Source: Patescibacteria group bacterium (lineage in GTDB: Bacteria > Patescibacteriota > WWE3 > UBA101185 > UBA10185). From it: a DNA stretch of 64,000 nucleotides. Where the stretch lies: assembly GCA_032117075.1 (NCBI GenBank), contig JAUMAA010000001.1:13597-77596 (forward strand). Reading direction: 5' to 3'. A program made the translations under genes and the position numbers. Below the pieces are notes generated by a model that was not told the origin of the DNA, searched no databases, and saw only the letters and a program-made list of their open reading frames with translations. Within the stretch, counting starts at the first letter, position 1. Each line of letters starts with the position of its first letter. Positions 57,008 through 64,000 of the stretch are shown one piece after another.

Positions 57008-58078
57008 ATGGAATTAGATGCAAAAAAGCTTTTCGCCTTAAATCCAAAACAGAAAAAATTTCTAAAATTCATAAATGTTTTCTTACTTTTAGTGGTACTT
57101 CCTTTGACAATTTATCTTTATTTTGATTATGCAATTAATAGGCCATCTCAAAATTATAAAGAAGTAAACTATAACTTAAAAGAAGGAGCTAGTTTAGATA
57201 GTATAGCCGGGGACTTGAAAGAACTTGGTGTCATCAATTCCGAAAATTTATTCACTTTATATGTAAAGATTTATAGACTTTATCCTAAATTTAAGTCTGG
57301 AATATATACTTTTCCATCTGGAGCTAGTTTGAAAGAAGTCTGCAACCAACTTCAAAGTGGATCAAATGGAATCTCAATCACTTTTATTGAAGGCAGGAGA
57401 CTTGAAGAATACGGGATTGTAGCCGCTTCTAAATTGACTTCTTTTAATTTTGAAAGATTTATGGAAAAAACAAAAGGTCTGGAGGGACAACTTTTCCCAG
57501 ATACATACTTTTTTTACACATCAGCTAATGAAGATGATGTAATTAGAGTCATGAGAAATAATTTTGAAAACAAAATGGATAAACTTAGAAAATCTGAAGA
57601 TTATAAGAAATCCAAACTTACAGATAACGAAATCTACATCGTAGCTTCTCTTTTGGAGAAAGAATCCTATAGGGGGGAGGAAAGAAGGATTATTGCTGGG
57701 ATTATTATTAGAAGACTTTTAAGAGGAGAAATTCTAGGAATAGATGCCTCAAATCAATACGGAATAGCTTCAGGAAAAGCCTGTCCTTCGGTGACAAAAA
57801 AAGTATGTCCAGATCTTGAAACAGCTAAGAAAATTAAGTGGTGGGATCCAAATATTACTCTGACAGATTTAAGGCAAGACTCTCCTTTTAACTTAAGATT
57901 AAATGCAGGATTGCCACCACAACCAATAGCTTCTTTTAGCGAAGAGTCTCTTCAGGCTGTAGTTGAAAATAAAGACTCTCCGTATAATTTTTATCTTCAT
58001 GATAGACAAGGTAATATCCATTATGGAGTTACATTAGCTGATCATGAATCAAATATCGCTAGATATCTTTCAAACTAA
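57008..58078 (+). CDS. mltG: endolytic transglycosylase MltG
   Basis: TM, TFIEG, EG.LFPDTY, ASLLEKE, SPFN....GLPP.PI. Confidence 0.92.
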   Translation: MELDAKKLFALNPKQKKFLKFINVFLLLVVLPLTIYLYFDYAINRPSQNYKEVNYNLKEGASLDSIAGDLKELGVINSENLFTLYVKIYRLYPKFKSGIYTFPSGASLKEVCNQLQSGSNGISITFIEGRRLEEYGIVAASKLTSFNFERFMEKTKGLEGQLFPDTYFFYTSANEDDVIRVMRNNFENKMDKLRKSEDYKKSKLTDNEIYIVASLLEKESYRGEERRIIAGIIIRRLLRGEILGIDASNQYGIASGKACPSVTKKVCPDLETAKKIKWWDPNITLTDLRQDSPFNLRLNAGLPPQPIASFSEESLQAVVENKDSPYNFYLHDRQGNIHYGVTLADHESNIARYLSN

Positions 58079-58157
58079 ATTCAAAATTTTAAATCTATTC
58101 TTCCTATAATAGAAAGTTATAGCAAATAAATAATAATTATTAGTATAATATAGTTAT

Positions 58158-58850
58158 ATGTTGTCAAACTCAATAATTAGATTTGAAAATGTTTTTAAAG
58201 CTTACGGGGATGAGACGGTTTTAGAAAATATAGATTTTGAAATAAAAAGAGGAGAATTTGTTTTCTTAATCGGTCCATCCGGAGCAGGGAAATCGACTGT
58301 TCTTAAATTATTAAATAAAGAAGAAACACCAACTAGCGGAAAAATTATAATAGATGATGTAGACTTAGAAACTGTAGACTATTCTGAGATGTACAAGATT
58401 AGAAGGAAGATTGGGGTTATTTTTCAAGATTTTAGAGTTATAAAATCAAGAAATGTTTTTGAAAATGTAGCAGTCTCACTCGAAGTTACAGAGGCTCCCC
58501 AAGATGTTATACAAGAAGTAGTACCTAATATTTTAGAGATGGTAGGTTTACAGAATAAAATTTTAAAGAAAACTTCCGAATTATCTGGCGGTGAAATTCA
58601 AAGATTAACCATCGCTAGAGCATTAGCACACGAACCAGATATTTTAGTAGCAGATGAGCCAACCGGAATGATTGATCCTAAAGCAGCTGGAGATGTAATG
58701 AATTTACTTCTTGAAATAAATAAGCTAGGAACTACAGTATTAATGGCAACACACGACTACAATATTGTTAATCACTATAAAAAAAGAGTTATAAAAATTG
58801 AGGATGGGAAAATTATTTCAGATAAAAAGATAGGATCTTACCATGAATAA
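58158..58850 (+). CDS. ftsE: cell division ABC ATPase FtsE
   Basis: GPSGAGKS, IGVIFQDF, LSGGE, ADEPTG; upstream of ftsX. Confidence 0.93.
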   Translation: MLSNSIIRFENVFKAYGDETVLENIDFEIKRGEFVFLIGPSGAGKSTVLKLLNKEETPTSGKIIIDDVDLETVDYSEMYKIRRKIGVIFQDFRVIKSRNVFENVAVSLEVTEAPQDVIQEVVPNILEMVGLQNKILKKTSELSGGEIQRLTIARALAHEPDILVADEPTGMIDPKAAGDVMNLLLEINKLGTTVLMATHDYNIVNHYKKRVIKIEDGKIISDKKIGSYHE

Positions 58851-59724
58851 CCTTTTACACTTTCTCCAAAAAGAAAAAATGATTTCAACTATCTCAATTT
58901 TGGCAATTTTTGTTTCTTTTACCTTGCTTTCTTTTATTTTTAGTTTCTCAGTTCTGTCTAACACCGCTATGAACTTTTTACAGAAACAGGTTCAAGTCAG
59001 GGTGTTTTTTAAAGATTCATACAATCAAGAGAATATTTTAAATTTAAAAGCTGAGCTTGAAAAAGATCCAAGAATTATGGAGGTAGGGTTTACTTCCAAA
59101 GACGATGCTTTAAGGATTTTTAAAGATCTTTCCAAGAATGATCCTATATTACAGGAGTCTTTGACCTCAAATATCTTACCGGCATCCCTTGAGATTAGAG
59201 CAAATGATGTTAAAGATTTAGATGATATAGCAAATGAGTTTACTGGTAGAGAGTACATAGATTCTGTTAAGTACCTTAAGGATATCAAGGATACCTTTAA
59301 GTATTATTCATCTATCATAACAATTGTTTCAGTTATTTTGTTTTTACTTTTCTTTATAGTTTCTTTTGGTATTATTTTATCTACTATCAGAATCAACATT
59401 TTTCAAAAGAAGGACGAGATTGAGACAATGAAAATAGTTGGGGCTAGTGATGAGTTTATACAAAGACCATTTATCTCTCAAGGTGTCATTTATGCAATGG
59501 TTGGTTCTTTTTTAGCAGGGTTATTTTCTTTTATTACATTAGTTTTAATGTTTGTTTCAAACTCTTTAGGTTTGAAAGATATTAAAGAGGTTTACCTTTT
59601 GGGTAATATTAAAGTACATTTTCTAGTTTTCGCAATTATTCTAGTAGTTGTAATTAATTTATTAGGTTATTTATTAGGTAGATTTGGAAGTAAAGCAGCA
59701 GTGGACAACTATCTAAAAATCTAG
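58843..59724 (+). CDS. ftsX: cell division permease FtsX
   Basis: 4 TMs, LPAS, STIR, EI..MK.VGA...FI..PF. Confidence 0.92.
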   Translation: MNNLLHFLQKEKMISTISILAIFVSFTLLSFIFSFSVLSNTAMNFLQKQVQVRVFFKDSYNQENILNLKAELEKDPRIMEVGFTSKDDALRIFKDLSKNDPILQESLTSNILPASLEIRANDVKDLDDIANEFTGREYIDSVKYLKDIKDTFKYYSSIITIVSVILFLLFFIVSFGIILSTIRINIFQKKDEIETMKIVGASDEFIQRPFISQGVIYAMVGSFLAGLFSFITLVLMFVSNSLGLKDIKEVYLLGNIKVHFLVFAIILVVVINLLGYLLGRFGSKAAVDNYLKI

Positions 59725-59728
59725 AAAA

Positions 59729-60904
59729 ATGTCTATAAAAAATTTTTTATTTTTATTAACTTTATTTTGCACATTAAGTCTTTTAACCTTCACTTTCTCT
59801 TCAAGTTTATTTCATAGCAAAGCTTTAACTAACGATGAGTTACTAAATAAAGAACAAGAATATCAGAGGATTATTGATAGTTTGAAATCAAAGTCAGCTA
59901 CTCTTCAAAACGAAATTGATTATTTCGATAATCAAATGAATATAACTAAGCTTAAAATACAGAAAACTGAAGCTGATCTTGCTCAGAAAAATAACTTACT
60001 GACTGAACTTACTAATTATATTACTGAGCTAGAAAAAAGAATTGAAAAAATTGATTCTTCCATTGATGTTCAAAATATTGAAATTCAAAATAGAATAAAA
60101 GAGAGGTATAAGTCACACTCAGAAGTTTCCGCAATAAATTTAATTTTAAATAATAATTTAAATCAGACCTTAGTTAAGATACAGTATCTTCAAGAACTAG
60201 AAGAGAAAGATAAAAAATTGATTGATTACATGAAGAATACAAAATCTGATTTTGGTGTTCAAAAAAAGTTAATTGAAAAAAAGAGAACTGAAGTAGATGA
60301 AGTTAAAATTCAAATTGAAAATGAAATGAAAAATTTAGTAGCACAAAAAGCAACTTTAGAAAAGCAAGTTGGGGAAAAAAATAGTTTGTTAAAGTTAACT
60401 CAGAATGACGAAGCTAAATACCAGAAACTTTTATCTCAAATTCAATCAGAGTTGGATGCTCAAAATTTAGCTATCGGAATATCTGGAAAAAACGGAAAGA
60501 ATATTAAGAAGGGTGAAATAATAGGTTACCTTGGAAATACTGGATGTTCAACAGGACCTCACCTTCATTTTTCATATTTCATAAATAATAAACCAATTGA
60601 TCCCTTCCCTTATTTGAAATCAGGAAGACTTGCCTGGCCAATTTCTAACTATAAAGTGACTCAATATTTTGGGGAGAACTATAGTTTTTATATGAGAAGG
60701 TTTGGAGTTCCAGGTCACTTGGCCATGGATATTATTGACCCTTCAATTTGGATTGGTTCGCCCGTAAGGGCTTCCAAGGACGGGGTAATTCACTATGCCT
60801 CCGACTCAAAAGTTTACTGTCCTGATATAAATAATACTATCGGTAAGGGTGCTGTAATTGACCACGGTAATGGAGAAAAAACACTCTATTGGCACTTAAA
60901 GTAG
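59729..60904 (+). CDS. coiled-coil plus M23 peptidase (EnvC/CwlO position), motif order permuted
   Basis: Signal/TM, long coiled coil, STGPHLHF then HLAMD then LYWHL. Confidence 0.85.
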   Translation: MSIKNFLFLLTLFCTLSLLTFTFSSSLFHSKALTNDELLNKEQEYQRIIDSLKSKSATLQNEIDYFDNQMNITKLKIQKTEADLAQKNNLLTELTNYITELEKRIEKIDSSIDVQNIEIQNRIKERYKSHSEVSAINLILNNNLNQTLVKIQYLQELEEKDKKLIDYMKNTKSDFGVQKKLIEKKRTEVDEVKIQIENEMKNLVAQKATLEKQVGEKNSLLKLTQNDEAKYQKLLSQIQSELDAQNLAIGISGKNGKNIKKGEIIGYLGNTGCSTGPHLHFSYFINNKPIDPFPYLKSGRLAWPISNYKVTQYFGENYSFYMRRFGVPGHLAMDIIDPSIWIGSPVRASKDGVIHYASDSKVYCPDINNTIGKGAVIDHGNGEKTLYWHLK

Positions 60905-60917
60905 TTATAATATAAAT

Positions 60918-61310
60918 ATGAGAAAAAATAGTAAATTTTACGATGTGCTTGAGGATTACTTTCCTTTAATTGTACTATCGGCTTATATCTTTATTCAATC
61001 GTCTAGACCTGCTGTAATGGTTAGTTATGACGGTTCCACTAATTTTTTGGTTCATAAGTTAGCTCATGTAATTGTTTATTCTTTTTTATACCTCTTTGCT
61101 TGCCGAGCTTTTAAGGATAAAAGAAATGCTTTAGTTTATTGTATTTTGTTTGCAATATCTGATGAGGTTCATCAATTTTTTACCCCGACTAGAAATGCAA
61201 GTGTTATTGACTTATTAATTGATGCAACTGCAATTTTAGGAACAAATTATATAGTTGAAAATCATTATTCTAAGATTCCAAATGTACTTAAGAAGTTTTT
61301 TGGTTTATGA
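60918..61310 (+). CDS. VanZ family membrane protein
   Basis: K.AH...Y, DE.HQ.F.P.R..S..D...D. Confidence 0.88.
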   Translation: MRKNSKFYDVLEDYFPLIVLSAYIFIQSSRPAVMVSYDGSTNFLVHKLAHVIVYSFLYLFACRAFKDKRNALVYCILFAISDEVHQFFTPTRNASVIDLLIDATAILGTNYIVENHYSKIPNVLKKFFGL

Positions 61311-61738
61311 GTAATAGAGTTGAGATCTCTTCATCTCCAACAGAAACTAAATTAATTGCTGCAAATTTTATAAAATCTTTAGAAAATAAAAAGATTAATA
61401 TTTTTTTAAGTGGAGATTTAGGTGCTGGAAAAACACAATTTGTAAAAGGAATTTTTGAGGGTTTGGGTTATGCAAACTCCCCTACCTCTCCAACTTATGA
61501 TTTAATTCTAAGTTATCAGATTGAAGATTTAGTAGTTAATCACTTAGATTTATATAGAATTGAAGTTTTGAATTTGGAAGATGAGATTTGGTTAAATCAA
61601 ATTTTAGGTCAAGAAAGTTTAAATATAATTGAGTGGGGAAACAAGTTTGATTTCGGAAATTTAATCAAACCTCAGTATTTAATACATATATCTATAATAG
61701 AAAATGATGAAAGAAAAATTGAAATTTTTAGTAATTGA
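61307..61738 (+). CDS. tsaE: t6A biosynthesis ATPase TsaE
   Basis: GDLGAGKT, SPTY, HLDLYR, IEW. Confidence 0.95.
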   Translation: MSNRVEISSSPTETKLIAANFIKSLENKKINIFLSGDLGAGKTQFVKGIFEGLGYANSPTSPTYDLILSYQIEDLVVNHLDLYRIEVLNLEDEIWLNQILGQESLNIIEWGNKFDFGNLIKPQYLIHISIIENDERKIEIFSN

Positions 61739-62330
61739 TACCTCTGATGAAAATTTAACAAGTGTAACTTTTTATAATTCAGGAAAAGTTTATTTAAAAA
61801 ATTCTACTGAAGAAAGAGGTCATATAAAAAACCTGATGCCTTTAATTAGGGATGTATTATTTGAGAATAGTATTTCAATATCTGACTTGGATTTTATAGC
61901 AGTAGTTGAAGGTCCTGGGTCTTGGACTGGTTTGAGAATTGGTTTTGCAACTGTTAAAGTTTTATGTTTAATAAATAATCTAAAGTTAATTGTAATAAAC
62001 AACTTTGATGTATTTCAAAAAAATTTTGAAAATAAAAATAACTCAACTGAAATTGTAATTTTAATCAATTCTTCGAATTTAAATTATTATTATAGGTACA
62101 TTTTAAAAGGAAGTGGTGAGTATGCTGATGGTATTGGTTCAATAAAGACTTTAGAAGAAAAATTTCCTAAAATAGAAAAAATAAATTTCATTAGACCTAA
62201 TCTTAATGAATATATAAATTTAGCAATTGAAAAATTTGAACATAAAAGATTTCAAAATGTCGACTCTGCAGAGCCTTACTATATATCTACTGGTGATATT
62301 AAATCTAATTTTACAAAGGCAAAAGTATGA
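61704..62330 (+). CDS. tsaB: t6A biosynthesis protein TsaB
   Basis: IDTS, GPGSWTGLRIG, EPYY. Confidence 0.92.
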   Translation: MMKEKLKFLVIDTSDENLTSVTFYNSGKVYLKNSTEERGHIKNLMPLIRDVLFENSISISDLDFIAVVEGPGSWTGLRIGFATVKVLCLINNLKLIVINNFDVFQKNFENKNNSTEIVILINSSNLNYYYRYILKGSGEYADGIGSIKTLEEKFPKIEKINFIRPNLNEYINLAIEKFEHKRFQNVDSAEPYYISTGDIKSNFTKAKV

Positions 62331-63328
62331 TAATTTTAGGCATTGAAACAAGTTGTGATGATACTTCTATTTCTATAGTTAGAAATGGAAATGAAGTTTT
62401 ATCAAATATTGTTTGGAATCAAAATAAAACTCATGAAATTTACGGAGGAATAGTTCCAGAACTAGGGGCTAGAAGACATTTACAAGTTATTAATTTAGTT
62501 ATTAAAGAAGCATTAGACAAAGCATCGATATCATTTCAAGATATCGATGCTGTTGCTGTTAATAACCAAAAAGGTTTAATAAGATCATTAGTAGTAGGAG
62601 TTTCAGCTGCAAAAGCTCTTGCCTACTCATTAAATATTCCACTTATCCCTGTTCATCACATTGAAGGTCACATATATTCCAATTTAATAGAAAATAAAAA
62701 TCTGACCTTTCCTCATATTTGCTTAACTGTTTCGGGCGGACATAATTTGTTAGTAATTGTGAATAATCATTTTGAATATGAAATAATTGGAAATACTTTG
62801 GATGATGCTGCAGGGGAGGTGTTAGATAAAGTTGCAAGATTTTTAGGTTTGGGTTTTCCAGGAGGGCCAGTTATCGATAGATTATCAAAAGATGGTGATA
62901 GGAAAAAATTCCATTTTCCAAGACCAATGATTGAAGAAAGTAATTTTGATTTCTCATTTAGTGGGTTAAAAACAGCTGTTACCCGAAAAGTTCAACAATT
63001 AGCTGATTCAGAAACTTCATACGAATTAAATAATTTATTAGCTTCCTTTCAGGAAGCAGTAGTTGAAACGCTTGCTGAGAAGACTATTAATGCTTGTAAA
63101 AAACATAATTTAAAACAGATTTCGGTTGTAGGAGGGGTGAGTGCCAATTCTAGACTAAGAGAACTATTTATTGAAAAATCTTCTAAAAATGGGTTAGAGG
63201 TATTCTTTCCTTCCCTCTCTTTCACCACTGATAACGCAGCTATGATTGCTTGTCTGGGTTATTATAAATATAAAAATCACTCTCTTGGAAATTTAGACTT
63301 AGAGGTGCATTCAAATCTCGGACTTTAA
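62327..63328 (+). CDS. tsaD: t6A transferase TsaD
   Basis: GIETSCDDT, HHIEGH, VSGGH, DDAAGE, FSFSGLKT, TDNAAMI. Confidence 0.97.
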   Translation: MIILGIETSCDDTSISIVRNGNEVLSNIVWNQNKTHEIYGGIVPELGARRHLQVINLVIKEALDKASISFQDIDAVAVNNQKGLIRSLVVGVSAAKALAYSLNIPLIPVHHIEGHIYSNLIENKNLTFPHICLTVSGGHNLLVIVNNHFEYEIIGNTLDDAAGEVLDKVARFLGLGFPGGPVIDRLSKDGDRKKFHFPRPMIEESNFDFSFSGLKTAVTRKVQQLADSETSYELNNLLASFQEAVVETLAEKTINACKKHNLKQISVVGGVSANSRLRELFIEKSSKNGLEVFFPSLSFTTDNAAMIACLGYYKYKNHSLGNLDLEVHSNLGL

Positions 63329-63348
63329 TTTGTGATAAAATTAGGTAT

Positions 63349-64000
63349 ATGAAAATCCTCGTTACTGGATGTGCTGGGTTTATAGGTTCCAATTTAGTTG
63401 ACTACTTGTTAGTTAAAAATTACCTAGTAGTAGGTGTTGATAATTTTAATAATTTTTATTCTCCTAAGATTAAACATGAGAATTTAAAAGAGACTCTTAC
63501 AAATAATAGATTTAAATTATATGAATTTGATTTACTAGATTTTGATAAATTAGATCGTATTTTTAACGAAGAGAAATTTGATGCAATCGTTCATTTAGCC
63601 GCTTATGCAGGTGTTACTTATTCTTTTGAAAAACCTTTGGTTTATGTCAGAAATAATCTCGAGGTAACAACAGAATTATTAAATTTATGTAAAAAATATG
63701 AGGTAAATAATTTTATTTTTGCATCTACTTCTTCGATCTACGGTGAAAATCCTACTCCTTTTAACGAGTCAATGTCGACTGATTTGCCTTTAGCACCTTA
63801 CCCAGCTACTAAAAAAGCTTGTGAAGTAATGATTGCTACCTTTGTGAAAAATACAAATATTAATGCAAGTATTTTAAGATTTTTTAATCCTCTTGATATA
63901 AGAGTCAGAACTGATTTAGCTTTGTTTAAATTAATTAAAAGTGCAGAATACGGGGATGATTTCCCACAGTTTCAAGATTTAAATTCAACAGGAAGGGATT
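63349..64000 (+). CDS. NAD-dependent epimerase/dehydratase, 3'-truncated by window edge
   Basis: Read by hand: MKILVTGCAGFIGS, HLAA.AGV, ASTSSIYG, YPATK. Confidence 0.9.
   Translation, partial: MKILVTGCAGFIGSNLVDYLLVKNYLVVGVDNFNNFYSPKIKHENLKETLTNNRFKLYEFDLLDFDKLDRIFNEEKFDAIVHLAAYAGVTYSFEKPLVYVRNNLEVTTELLNLCKKYEVNNFIFASTSSIYGENPTPFNESMSTDLPLAPYPATKKACEVMIATFVKNTNINASILRFFNPLDIRVRTDLALFKLIKSAEYGDDFPQFQDLNSTGRD

Noticed and set aside
4719-62837. Short antisense or out-of-frame ORFs nested in core genes (e.g. 4719-5027, 10769-11053, 12031-12294, 32688-32984, 50913-51236)
   Set aside because: Shadow frames of well-supported genes with no motifs or expression signals.
1-64000. Alternative genetic code (UGA read as Gly)
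   Set aside because: Conserved genes are intact in code 11 and TGA ends genes such as miaA, tsaE and tsaB at expected positions.

Overview
AT-rich bacterial chromosomal window read in genetic code 11. Gene content (many trimmed housekeeping proteins, orphan VirD4-like ATPase, sortase, LCP, no biosynthetic pathways) suggests a Patescibacteria/CPR organism of the Microgenomates/WWE3 type; this is inference. Core blocks: dnaG-rpoD, pgi, umuDC, trxA-gap-pgk-ferredoxin-miniAOR-tpi, LCP-holA-sortase, an rpsT operon, murJ-lepA, hrcA-grpE-dnaK/dnaJ, nusA-infB-rpsO-pnp, protease-less Lon-udg-rnj, ftsK-rodZ, VirD4-like-alaS-ftsA-like-baseplateJ-like-ruvX, miaB-miaA, rnpB, mltG-ftsEX-M23 and tsaEBD, plus tRNA-Ser(GGA). 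Best leads: (1) three dispersed orphan mini-genes sharing one promoter/SD/3' hairpin architecture; (2) a ferredoxin and half-size AOR/GOR-like protein inside the glycolysis operon; (3) pervasive leaderless promoter geometry; (4) an FtsA-like plus baseplate-J-like membrane pair; (5) a sortase facing a VPTTG substrate; (6) tandem copies of the RNase P RNA 3' end. All family calls come from motif recognition by eye; no database searches were run.
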